From positions 28,708,001-28,772,000 of the forward strand of contig NC_086108.1 of the NCBI RefSeq assembly GCF_963921235.1: a stretch of 64,000 bases of DNA, in the 5' to 3' direction. The notes under the pieces are model-generated. The model did no database searches and was not told the DNA's origin. It was given only the letters and a program-made list of their open reading frames with translations. Positions 49,583-61,966 of this stretch are shown here, in pieces (position 1 is the first letter of the stretch; each line of letters opens with the position of its first letter). This stretch comes from Mobula hypostoma (lineage: Eukaryota). A program made the translations under genes and the position numbers.

Positions 49583-51429
49583 GACACACTAATGGCTTCT
49601 CTTTAACACCCAGATTTCTTTTTCTCCCCTGAATTTTCAAAAATTGTTTCAAAACTATTATTCAAAAAATACTGAAATCGGCTTTGCACAATTGTTGAAG
49701 ACCATTTCGGCAGTCCAGGTCTGGAAATGTTACTGATGCATCAAAGTAAACCGGGAGCAATCGACTACCTATATTCATCAGGAGAAAAATCTAGACACCA
49801 CATTCAAACTTTTGCGAAATGCACAGTCCTTCAAGCCAGTTTTAATGAACAGACTAAACATCATAAAAAGCTACAAGGAATGTAATGTTCTCTTGAAATG
49901 TGTATTTATTGATTCCTTTGCTTGGGACCATCCTGCACTTGGAGACGTCCATTATTGACATAGAAAGATTGAAAGATTTGGGTAGAATGATCTGCAAACA
50001 AAAAGTGGCACAAACTTGTGTATGGAGCGAACTTGAATGGTAAATGGAAATTGAGTGGAATTTGGAGCACTTGTCCCACATGCTGAAATACCTCAGAATC
50101 CAGGACGTCTGGAGCATCTTAAGGACGTGTTCTAAATGCAAATTCTCATTTTACTAATTAAGCCAAATTGTGTTTTATTATAAATAAATTAGAGAATGTC
50201 AATGGTCATCTCTCTAAATACACAGTGGAGGAGCAACTCAACTGCACCCAAGAACAGTTTGGGAGACAGCTGAGAAGTATCACTGCACTTTGATCTGGGC
50301 TTAGCTCTAATTAAATGCCACTTTTGGTGATGGAATGACACCCATTTCCACCCATCAGCTGCAGAGGGCAGGAAAACAAACAGCTCAGTGGAATGATCTG
50401 CTGGGGTGAGGGGTGAGGGGTCTCAATCACACTTGCTCCATTCCAGGCGTCTTCTTCCAGTTCTGTAGCAGCCTTCTGCTTCCTTCTGAACTCTCCTAAA
50501 CAGGTGCAGCAACCCTGCCGAGCAACAGCTGCATCGGTAATGTACAAAATTAGGTTTTAAACAAGATTTAAAAGGATATTTAAATACTTCATAATGATAT
50601 GATTAAATTTACCCAAGATATTAACACTTTAACTTCCAGATCTTGAACTTAACACTATCGGGGACTATATTATTTTTCCTTCTCTCAACCTTGCAGTAGT
50701 GTCATTATCACGCACACAAGAGACACTGCAGATGCTAGGAATTAGTGTCATGTGTTTATTTTGCACTTGCACATATAATTTATGCAAAATTAAGTTTGTT
50801 AACTTACGTTTGTTCTCGTCTTGCAAGGTACCACGCTGCTGCTGCACGTATTCATGGCACGGGTACCTTGTGTATATGTCTATGACAACAATAAACTTGA
50901 ATTTCGACATCTCAGCCCGCTCTCATATATTAACTCAAAGCAGTTGCCCAGAGCTTTCTTCACACTTACGCATTCCCAGCCATTTGAAATGTTTGACAGT
51001 CTCTGCTCTTTGCAGCCAGAGCAAACACAATTTAGCATCGACAAGAATCAAGTTCAAACAGAAGGGGGCATCTTCTTATAGAGGTCATTCTATATTTTCT
51101 AAAGAAAAGCATGGAAACTTAATTCTCAAAAACATACCCCCCTCCCCCCAAATACTGACATTTAAAACTACAACAATTGTTATTTTATTTTATGAAATCA
51201 TTACAAACAAAAAACCGCCATTGAAAACTGGTGAACACAAGAGGTTGTTCCTGCAGTTTTTACTAGTGGTCAGAAACATTTGTTTTAAAAATAATCTGAA
51301 AGCCAGTTATCGCTGTTTATATTTCTGGTACTTTGAGAAATGCTCCTGTGGCACCTAACAACCTCACATCTTCAGCCTCCTAATATTTCTAATATGAATG
51401 GTTCTGGATATTAAAGGAATCAAGTGATA

Positions 51430-52220
51430 CAAGACCATAAGACATAGGAGCAGAATTAAGCCATTCAGCCCATCGACTACACTCCGCCATTCCATTGTGG
51501 CTGATCCCGGATCCCATTCAACCCCATACACCTGCCTTCTCACCATAACCCTAGATGCCCTGACCAATCCGGAATCTCTCAACCGCTTTTAAATATACCT
51601 ACAGATTTGGCCTCCACCGCAGTCTATGGCAGAGCATTCCACAGATTCACTACTGTTTGGCTAAAAAAAGTTCCTCATTACTTCTGTTCTAAAAGGTTGC
51701 CCCTCAATTTTGAGGCTATGCCCTCTAGTTCTGGATACCCCCACCAGAGGAAACATCCTCTCCACATCCACCCTATCTAGTCCTTTCAACATTCGGTAGG
51801 TTTCAATGAGATCCCCACACGTTCTTGTAAATTACAGTGAGTACAGGCACACAGCTGCCAGCCACTCATATGTTAACACCTTCATTCCTGGAATCATTCT
51901 CGTGAACTCTCTCCAATGATAATCCATCCTTTCTAAGATAAGGGCCTCAAACCTGTTGACAATCCTCCAATTATGGTCTTATAAAACTTCAGCATTATCT
52001 CCTTGATTTTATATTCTATTACCCCTGAAATAAATGCCAACGTAACATTTGCCTTCTTTACAACAGACTCAACCTGTGAATTAAACTTCTGGGAGTCTTG
52101 CGCAAGGACTCCAAGTCCCTCTGCACCTCTGATGTTTGAATTTTCTCCCCATTTAGATAATAGTCTGCACTATTGTTCCTTTGACCAAAATACATTATCA
52201 TACATTTCCCAACACTGTAT
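51430..52220 (-). mobile_element. CR1 3' portion (same subfamily as 46212)
   Basis: Collinear with 46212-46910; tail caagaccataagacatagg. Confidence 0.88.
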
Positions 52221-52307
52221 ATGTAATTAGTCCAGGAAAGTGAGACTAAGATAGAATATCAATCATGATTTTACTGAATCAGAGCAGAGGAAAGTGATTC
52301 ATTGGAC

Positions 52308-52900
52308 ACAGCCTTGTACTCAACGCCAGTAAGACCAAAGAGCTGATTGTGGACTTCAGGAAGAGCAAGGTGAGGGAACACAAACCAATCCTCATCGAGC
52401 GATCAGAAGGGTAGAGAGTGAGCAATGTCAAGTTCATCGGTGTCTATCCCTGAGGACCTAACCTGGTCGTAAGACATGGAGGCAGCTATAAAGAAGACAA
52501 CAGCTATATTTCATTCGGAGTTTGAGGAGATTTGGTTTGCCATCTAAAACACTCAAAAATCTCTACAGATGTACCGTGGAGAGCATTCTGACAGGCTACA
52601 TCACCGTCTGGTATGGGGGGGCAGGGGGGCTACTGCACAAAATTGAACGAAGCTGCAGAAAGTTGTAAAATTAGTCAGCTCCATCATGGATACTAACCTC
52701 CATCGGATCCAATACATCTTCAAGGAACAGTGCCTCGGAAAAGCAGCATCCATCATTAAGGATGTCTGCCACCCAGGACATGTCCTCTTTTTCATTGTTA
52801 CCATCAGGAAGGAGGTATAGAAGCCTGAAGGTACACACACATTGAATCGGGAACAGCTTCCTCCCCTCTGCCGTCCAATTTCAAAATGGACTTTACCTGC
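52308..52900 (+). mobile_element. Rex1-like LINE 3' fragment
   Basis: ctcaacgccagtaagaccaaagagctgattgtggacttcaggaag (LNASKTKELIVDFRK); collinear with 8325-8870. Confidence 0.85.
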
Positions 52901-53379
52901 ATTACTTATTTTAACTTTAACTTTAAAAAAATGTTCTTCGACACTAGTTTGTGTTGCTCAACTCCTTATAAAACTGTGGGCACATTGTTTACTGCAAACT
53001 ATAACTTGCACTGTGCCCTATTGTAACCTGATCCACATACCAAATAAAGTTGTGATTATCTTGTTTACTTGGCAACACTTGACGAGATTGTGCAAAATGC
53101 CTTCCCCGCAGCTGCTGCTCCATGTTCTTTCAAAACATTCCTTAGTGACTCATTCTAGTCCACTCTGCTCATCTCAAACCGCCCCATCCTTAAAGTGTGT
53201 TGCCATATTCTCAATCCATGTGGATTTCTCTTAAATCTATATCAATTTAGTCCAATGGCTCAGCCCCTCTGTGGTACTTGGCGACATTATTGTGCCCATC
53301 CTGAACAATGGAGGCAAAATTCTGGATTTCCTTTCCGGAATGAAGATGGACAGCTGGAAAGAGTATTAGCAGGATAAAG

Positions 53380-54300
53380 TTTGAGATTTTGATTCAAATC
53401 TGGTGAGATTTAGTATTGCTCATGGAAAAGGACAGAAAAGTTCTATACTGGGGCAAGGCCAATTTCACTGGGAAAAGTAGACTGAAGAGGAACCAATTTG
53501 ACAATAAATCACTCTTGGAGCAACGGGAAGTATTCATGAATGAGATTCAGCTGGCCCGGGCTTCCACGTTCCCATGAAACAGAATTTAGCCAAATCTAGA
53601 GCCCCAGGTTGAAATAAAGCAGAAAGAACAAGTTTGCCAGGTAAAAGAGATTAGCTTAGGATGCGAGTAAGCACAAATTCAGTGGCCTAGGGGCCTGTTG
53701 CTGTGCTGTATGACTATAAACAGTGTGGAATTGGTAGGAAATTAGGAAAGAAAGGAGAGCTTAAAAAAACATCAAGTATAATCAAAATCCAATAAAGAGT
53801 AAGAGGATAAATTTGGATTGAGGCAACCTATGTGTGGAGACAGACTCTTAATAAATAGTCGGTGGCGCTCTCCGCAAAAGAAGGCTTGATGTTGAACAGA
53901 GAGGATTGTTTCGGTCAGGGTAAACATATGGAATGATGAATCACTGATAGGTTTATGTCGTTCAAAGTGGATAAATCCAACCTGAATAAAATTTAACATT
54001 GTATTAAAAACAGTGAGGGAAGAAATAGCAAATGCTCTGGCCATCCATCCTCCCTAACCACAGGACTAGGAGGTTCCTAACACTGGTGTTGTTTAAAGCA
54101 GGAGGAAAAGATATATAGAAATAAACATTGGTAGTGGACAAGCTATTGCAATCAATTCCAAAGGACAGTTTCAATTGTCACTCAAAAGACAGACCAAACA
54201 CAGACAGTGAGTATGTATTTGTCAAAGCAAGGTCACATCTGAGCAAATTGCCCGCTTTTCAGGGTATTAAGAATGATTGAAACAAGAACAGGAATACTTG
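53380..54300 (+). mobile_element. Very old CR1 ORF2 scraps
   Basis: gtgagggaagaaatagcaaatgctctggccatc (VREEIANALA) and similar faint motifs; no continuous ORF. Confidence 0.45.
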
Positions 54301-55080
54301 AAGAATTCAAACCAGTCAATCAGCATTTGTGGAAAGAGAAATCAAGTTATGTTTCATGTCAGTGACCCTTCATCAGAACTGACATCGTCTTCATGGGTTT
54401 TGTCCAGGTTTTTGACACATACATGATGAGGGTTGGTTGGTCATATTCAACTGTGCTATTGGTCCCTCCATCCTAAAGATGGTCTCCTGGCTCCATCCTC
54501 TAAACCACATTGGCCATCCCATTAATCCTACCCTAACCTACTCTGCCCTCCCCACAAACCTATCAAATTACACACCACCAAGATTCTACTTCTCAGCTGC
54601 ATGCTAGAGATGGTAGCAAATTAACCCTACAATCCACACATTTTTGTATATGGAATGAAAGTGCAACGTCTCGGGGGATCCCATATGGTCACAAGGAGAG
54701 GGAATAACATGGACTGGAGGTCAGGATTGAACACGGATCACAAGAGCTGTGAGACAGCCGCTCTCCTAGTTGTGCCACCACAAAATCTCTATAGCTGTGT
54801 TCCCAACACTCATTACATTCCACTTGATCTTTCCTTCTCTTGCCAACATGCATTCGTTCCCAAATCTGCAGATTTCAAGTCCACATTTGCTTGTTTAATT
54901 CTTTTCCTTATCACCAACTCTCCACTCCATCTACACACTTGGAAAGATAACTCAGCAGGTAAGCAGTGTGATGAAGAGGGGCCAGTAGATCAAGGTGGTG
55001 AGGGATACTCGGTTCCCTTCCTCAGTAGTACTTCTCCTGAATCTTTCCCATCTACCATCACCTTAAATATTCACCCCATT

Positions 55081-55500
55081 CAACACACACTAAATGCTGG
55101 ACGAACTCAGCAGGTCAGGCAGCATCTCTGGTAATGAATTAACAGCTGGAAGTTTTAGGTTCAGACTCTTCCTCATGACTGAGAAGGAAAGGGACAGAAA
55201 CCAGAATAAAGAGGTGGAGGACGGGGAAAGAGGCTAGCTGGAAAGTGATAGGTGAAGCCAGATGGGTGGGAAAGGGCAAAGGTTGGAGAAGGAGGAATCT
55301 GATTGGAGTGGAGAGTGGACCATAGGAGAAAGGGAAGGAGGGGCATCAGAGGGAAGTGACAGGCAGATGAGAACAGGTAAAAGGCCAGAGTGGGGAAATA
55401 GAGGAAGAGGGGAGGGAAGAGAGATTTTTTTTATTGAAAGAACTAGATATTCATGCAATCAGGTTGGAGGCTATCCAGACGAAATATAAGGTATTGCTCC
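55081..55500 (-). mobile_element. PLE remnant (terminal repeat plus 3' UTR)
   Basis: aaatgctggacgaactcagcaggtcaggcagcatc..caggttggaggctatccagacgaaatataagg. Confidence 0.8.
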
Positions 55501-57249
55501 CATTCACCCATATCTTCCCTTCGAACATCCTGTAAAGAAAAAAATGCAGCACCAAGCTGAGAGACAAGTTCTTTAAAAAAAAGAATGCATATTATATTCG
55601 CTGGCTGTATTTTCAATTAGTACTCCTGATGCTTTAGCATTTAAAATTAACTTGCTGTCAATTTCCCAAACAACAATGATCTGCTGATGAGAGGTCTCAT
55701 CGGATGCCACGACTCAAGCCTAAATTCCTATTTGATTTAAAGCAGCAAGAGAGATGAGGAGAAAATGAAGAGTATGCAGAGATGATGGCAAATGACAACA
55801 ATCATATCATAACTGGAAGGGCTGCAGCTGTTGATGGAAACTGAATGATCTTAAAGAGAGCAGCAACTGGCTGGGGAACTCAAGACGGCTTTCTTTCAAA
55901 CTCATTTTCAGGGTTGAGTTGTTGCTGGCATTTATTGTCCATCCCTCATTGATCTTGAGAAAGCAGCAGCTACTCAGTGTAGTAAAAGGGGAACACTGTT
56001 TCTGTATGTCACAATTATGACAGGGAAGTAAATGTTTTATTACCAGGAAATAGGCATGTAAATAAGCATTTTGCAAGCTGCATGGAAGTCTTCTGTAACT
56101 CCTTAATCAACCATTGGAGTATCAAACAGAAATTTGGTGTTTCACTTGGGTCAGATGTTAAGAGGAACGTAAATCTTCACCATTCATACATCTTCCTTGA
56201 TGACACAACCAGCAGAACAAGTATACTGATCCACACAATAACCTTGCTCCTATTATTTTCGGTCCCCTGTTAATTAGTAAACTGCTGAGAGTCGAATAAC
56301 CCAAGAGACAATAAAAGTACTCTAAACAAGCTTCAAAATGGCAGTTATGATTACATGTTCATTAATCAATGAAACAATTGAATAATTGTTGCACATGGGA
56401 AAACCATGTTGTACATGAGAAGCAAGCTCCAAATATTAAATGCTCTAATGTGCAAAATCTGTTAAAACTTGTGGGATAAAACAGGCACATTAGATTCCCT
56501 CCAAGTCCATTCATATGGGTCATAATATAATTTATAAGCTCAGCTACTGAAAGATATTGCCTGGATTGGAGACATGAGACAAACCATGCCTCTCAGAGTT
56601 AGTTGGAAAACACAGACACCTGACTATGTCCGGGCCAACCCTTTTTGCCTATCTACGTTAATCCCATTTGATAAAATTAGGATCATATATTTTTAGGCAT
56701 TGCTTATACTGTACAAGTATCTGTCTAAATGCTGCAAACAATCTTGAAAGGTGGCTTATAAATGCCTGATGAAATTACTGTTCTGAACATACACTCCTAG
56801 CTTCGATGGAAGTGACACATGCAGTCTCTGTGTATAATTTCTCAGCTGGATTTTCTTCTCTGCCACTTCCTTTCTTAAAATTTGAATTCTAATTCTTTTT
56901 TTAAAAACATAACGTGCAGCCTGGGAATTACTTAGAATTCCAAGTGAAGTTTTGCCTTTAAGATTAAAACTCGGAAACCTGAATACAAACTGAAAGCTAT
57001 AAATTATTACTCTCTTCATACTGTGTCAAGTTTTGAAAGGAAGCCACAGCTACTGATAATTCAATGGGTCCTTTCCTACTTGTTGTGTTGCCTTCTTCAA
57101 AGGGACACACTATGGTAAGCTGTGGAGTCAGAACTCATAAAAATGGATAATTTTGCCCAATTGGTCTGTGCCAACCTCAAACACTTACTTTGAACTAATC
57201 CTACACTAACTCCATTTTCTTCCCACGCTTCTCTCTCCTCCAGGTTTTA

Positions 57250-57460
57250 CCATTTATCTTACACAAGGGCAATTTACACTGACCAATTTACCTACCAACT
57301 TGCAGTCTTCGGAATACAAAAGGAAGTTGGAGCATCCAAGAACTCAGGTAGTCACAGGGTGAATGTCCACATTTCACATAGATGGCACTTGATGTCGGGA
57401 TTGAACTCGGTTGCAGGAGCTGTAAAACAGTGGCTCTACCAGCCATGCCACTGTGTTGCC
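57250..57460 (-). mobile_element. Old V-SINE remnant
   Basis: gggcaatttacactgaccaattt..gtcacagggtgaatgtcc..gggattgaactcgg..atgccactgtg. Confidence 0.55.
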
Positions 57461-57944
57461 CCATAGTCAGTGACACACTGGTACATTTCCGATAAATTCT
57501 TCCCATTATAATAAACCTCAATTCGCAATAAATGGGATGTAGCTTACATTTAGTTTTGAAGAGTAAATCAAGATTCACAGTTTTAACACCACTAAAGCCA
57601 ATGAAGCCTTTCCAATTCATTAATATTTCTTTCTCTAAATACAAGGCATCAACTTTGCTTGGTATTGTGTACTTTTTTTAAGCTTTGTACCATCACATTC
57701 AGAATATGTTAGTATTTCCTACAGGAATACATCCTACCGAGGCGGTACCTGCGAATGGATATGTCAACCAATCCCAGAACCCTACACACTTCCAGAGAGA
57801 AGCTACATTCTGCCTTTGCACCATTGCACCCTGGTTTCTCTTCAAATAATTCACCATTTTGCAAATTCTGTTTTGCTCTTTCAAGGTTGCGTTGCCTCCC
57901 AAGTTCAACAACACTCATCACTTCCTTCATCCCCCACTTTCAGA

Positions 57945-58932
57945 ATAGCAGGCGGTGACCAGTGGGGTACCGCAGCTGTTTACAATATACATTAATGATT
58001 TAGATGAAGGGATTAAAAGTAACATTAGCAAATTTGCAGATGACACAAAGCTGGGTGGCAGTGAGAAATGTGAGGAGGATGTTATGAGAGTGCAAGGTGA
58101 CTCGGACATGCTGGGTGAGTGGGCAGATGCAGTTTAATGTGGATAAATGTGAGGTTATCCACTTTGGTGGTAAGAACAGGAGGGAGGTTATTATCTAAAT
58201 GGAGTCAAGTTAGGAAAAGGGAAAGTACAACGAGATCTAGGTGCTCTCGTACATCAGCCACTGAAAGCAAGCATGCAGGTGCAGCAGGCAGTGAAGAAAG
58301 CTAATGGCATGCTGGCCTTCATAACAAGGGGAATTGAGTATAGGAGCAAGCTGTACAGGGCCCTGGTGAGACCACACCTGCAGTACTGTGTGCAGTTTTG
58401 GTCTCCAAATTTGAGGAAGGACATTCTTGCTATTGAGGGAGTGCAGCGTAGGTGCACAAGGTTAATTCCCAGGATGGTAGGACTGTCATATGTTGAAAGA
58501 TTGGAGCGACTGGGCTTGTATACACTGGAATTTAGAAGGATGAGAGGGAATCTGATTGAAACATATAAGATTATTAAGGGATTGGACACGCTGGAGGCAG
58601 GAAGCATGTTCCCGCTGATGGGTGAGTCCAGAACCAGAGGCCACAGTTTAAGAATAAAGGGTAGGCCATTTAGAACGGAGTTGAGAAAAAACTTTTTCAC
58701 CCAGAGAGTGGTGGATATATGGAATGCTCTGCCCCAGAAGGCTGTTGAGGCCAAGTCCCTGGATGCTTTCAAGAATAAGATGGATAGAGCTCTTAAAGAT
58801 AGTGGAATCAAAGGTTATGGGGATAAGGCAGGAACTGGGTACTGATTGTGGATGATCAGCCATGATCACAGTGAATGGCGGTGCTGGCTCGAAGGGCCAA
58901 ATGGCCTACTCCTGCACTTATTGTCTATTGTC
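57945..58932 (+). mobile_element. CR1 3' portion (third subfamily)
   Basis: TSGVPQ, KFADDTKLGG, ORF 58273-58845 LYRALVRPHLQYCVQFWSP..FFTQRVVDIWNALP; tail tattgtctattgtc. Confidence 0.94.
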
Positions 58933-59225
58933 ACTCTCCCAAAGTAAAATTAGATTCCTACTGGCTTCTTCTCTTCATCTACACCACATGCATCCAGATT
59001 AGCATGTATAATTCTGTTCTTTACTTTAAATAAACAATTTACCCATTGCCAGTGTCTCATACCCTGAAGCCTGATGCTTTTCCCTTTCTCAGTACCTCCA
59101 GTCCTTCATTTCCTGGCTGGTATTAAATAAGCAATACTCAAGATTTAGCAAGTGTTGAGTAGAACAGGGTGTAATATACATGTACTGACATTCCATGTCT
59201 CATTTCACCCTTTTTCATTCTCACT

Positions 59226-59250
59226 TCTCTCTCTCTCTCTTTCTCTCTCT
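59226..59250. repeat. (TC)n microsatellite
   Basis: tctctctctctctct tt ctctctct run. Confidence 0.8.
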
Positions 59251-59412
59251 GAGTTTTACAGTTTTGTATTGGATTAATGCATCTGCACGTTTTTTTAATA
59301 ATAGAAGATGAGTATCAAGGGTTCGCTGAACTTAGTTAGTTTCTACTCCAAAGGTTGATCTCCAAGGTCAAGTCCCAAAATAACATAGGAAAAGAGGCTA
59401 TTCGTAATCATA

Positions 59413-60148
59413 AAACACAAGAGATTCTGCAGATGCTGCAAATCCACAGCAACAGACACAAAATGCTGGAGGAACTCAGCAGGTCTATGAAAATGAATAA
59501 ACCGTCGACATTTTGGGCTGAGACCCTTCTTCAGGACCGTTAAGGAAGGGGGAAGACACTAGAATTAAAAGGTGAAAGGGAGGGGATGGAGGACAGGTTA
59601 GAAGGTGATAGGCAGTGGGCAATGTAATGGGTTGGAGAAGGAGGAATCTGATAGTAGAGGAGAGTGAACCATGAGTAAAAGGAAAGGAGAGGCACCAGGA
59701 GGTGGTATAGGGCGGTGAGGAGAAGAGGTAAGAGGCCAGAGTGGGGAAGGGTGAGGGAAATTCTTCCCAGAAGGAGAAATCAATGTTCATGCCCATCATG
59801 TTTGAGGCTACTCAGACAGAACATAAGGTGTTGCTCTTCCAACCTGAGAGTGGCAAAAGCAAGTGCAGAGCTTCATGGGGTGTTGGTGAGGCCTCCCCTT
59901 CCCTTCCACCCCCTCCCATGGTTCACTCTCCTCTCCTATCAGATTCCTTCTTTTCCATCCCTTCACCTTTCCCATCCACCTGGCTTCAACTATCATCTTT
60001 TAGCGAGTCCTTCTTCCCCTCCACCCCACCTTTTTATTGTGACACCTTTCCCTTTCCTTTCCACTCCTGAAGAAGGGTTTCAGCCCAAAATGTTGACTGC
60101 TTATTCATTTCTGTAGATGTTGCTGAGTTCCTCCTGCATTTTGTGAGT
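59413..60148. mobile_element. Fold-back PLE remnant (two long inverted arms) with degenerate 16-bp TSD
   Basis: Arm 59413-59855 versus inverted arm about 59890-60148. Flanks gctattcgtaatcata (59397-59412) and gctatacataatcata (60149-60164). Confidence 0.85.
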
Positions 60149-61319
60149 GCTATACATAATCATACTTATCAACATCAGTTCCTCCACCCCATGATAAATA
60201 AGCAATAGCAAATCACAGAAAGAAACTACAATGTCTTTATTAATAGAAAAAATCAAAATATCTCTGGCAACACCATTATCTGCTAAAAGCAACCATATTA
60301 TCCAGCACCGAGACAGAAAGCATTTTATATATATATATATATTTTTGGATAGAACAGGTGCTTATCAGTTCCAGAGAGAAAAGAAGTTTTATATTTAATT
60401 GTGTGTGCCTAATGGTTGGCTTATTAGGTTGCGTTCTCATAAAAGGTACAGGTTTTTCACTGTTCGTTGCACAATTCAATGACTGGTGGCAGACACAATT
60501 GAAGGAATCAACAGGAGGACATCCATCTGTGGTCATGTTGACCAAATTCACAAGATTTGACAGAGGCCTTTCACAGGTTTCGAAAGTTCATCAGAGAAAA
60601 CTTGTGTTTTCAGATGCGACTGGATCCATGCAGGACCAACCAGATTTCTGAAGTTTTGTTTATATCACCTGTTTTCTTCCTTGCTGTTTGAGGCAACACT
60701 CAAAGTTGCCATTCTTGTGGGCATGAGAAGAATGAATGCAGAAAGGAAATGATTAGCAGCAAAGAGCATTGATAGTCCTCAAGGATGTTTGCATCACCGT
60801 TTGCAAGGAAACATTAGTCCCATCACGTAGCACACCATGGCAAACAGGCTTCCACCTCCAATGCAGTTTTATTCGCAGTGGTAACTTGAACATACTGATC
60901 TGGCTTTAGTCTATATACACAGTGGTAGTCGTATATTATGTGAAAGTATTGGCACTATGTAACATCCTCTTCTTCTGAACAGTAGTCACGTCCCTAAAAA
61001 AAAATAAATAGCATTAATTTTAAAATCCAATAATGCATGTTCTTTCATTAAGTCACCTAATACAAATGGAATTAATGGCAATTCACTAATGTCATGCTAT
61101 CCAACATAAAATGATTTTGTTATTATTCAGACTTACTTTTTTCCAGTTCATATTGCATGCTGCAATTTATAAAATTAAATGAAACAACTTTGATTTAATT
61201 AAGCATTCGTTACTGGTCTGAATTTGAAAAAAGGCTTTTATCTCCTTCCAATTTACCATCACCAGTCCTTGAAAGTACAAGTACTTAAGGTCAAAGTATG
61301 ACTAGTGCAAAGTGGCAAT

Positions 61320-61966
61320 TCCACACCAAACTTGAAACACAGAAAGCTGTTAAACAGTTGTGGCAGGGCTTGGATGCCATCACTTCCTTCACAGCAAAAC
61401 CAAGAGAACTTTAACCTCTCACTTTAGCAGTCTGAGGTATCCACCTGCTTCAATCACCCTGGTGCCCAATAATATGGTAACTTGTCTCAATGTTTATTGT
61501 CCAGTAGATGCAAGTGCTCTTGGAGGTCGGTCATTAAGCATATCAACCTCTGCCTGTGGAGTGATCCAGATCTGCTCCAATTTACCTACCGTCACAACAG
61601 GTCAACAGCATTGACTCTCGGCTCAGCTCTGGAACATCTGGACAGTGAAGATGCACACATCCAGATGTTCTTCATGGACTACAGCTCAGTATTTAACACT
61701 ATCATCCCCTCTAAACTACTCAATAACATCCTTAGTCTCGATATCGCAATGTGTAACCGGATCCTGGACTTCCTCATTTGCAGACCCCAGTCAGTAGAGA
61801 TCGACAAAAACATCTCATCCACAATCACCATCAGAGCAGGTGCACCACGAGGCTGTATGTTTACCCCCTGCTCTATACCACTGTTGTTGGCCGAATCAAA
61901 GTGGTGACAAATTGGCATATAGGATAGAGATTGAAAACTTGGTTTGGTAATGCCACAACAACCTCT
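61320..61966 (+). mobile_element. Rex1-like RT fragment, cut off by the L1 element
   Basis: ORF 61482-61907 LQFTYRHNRST..MFFMDYSSVFNTIIPSKL..AGAPRGC. Confidence 0.85.

Noticed and set aside
50699..51358. 219-aa ORF
   Set aside because: It begins in a LINE tail remnant, has AT-rich low-information composition and shows no recognisable domain or splice structure.
55685..55704. CTGATGA within the hairpin ctgatgagaggtctcatcgg
   Set aside because: There is no downstream GAAA box or helix I/III, so it is not a hammerhead.
57699..57958. Overlapping open frames on both strands next to a CR1 5' end
   Set aside because: Several frames are open and none is recognisable, so a coding frame cannot be chosen.
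60276..60651. Cys-containing ORFs on both strands
   Set aside because: There is no convincing acceptor and donor pair or domain pattern, and the minus-strand ORF runs into a (TA)n tract.
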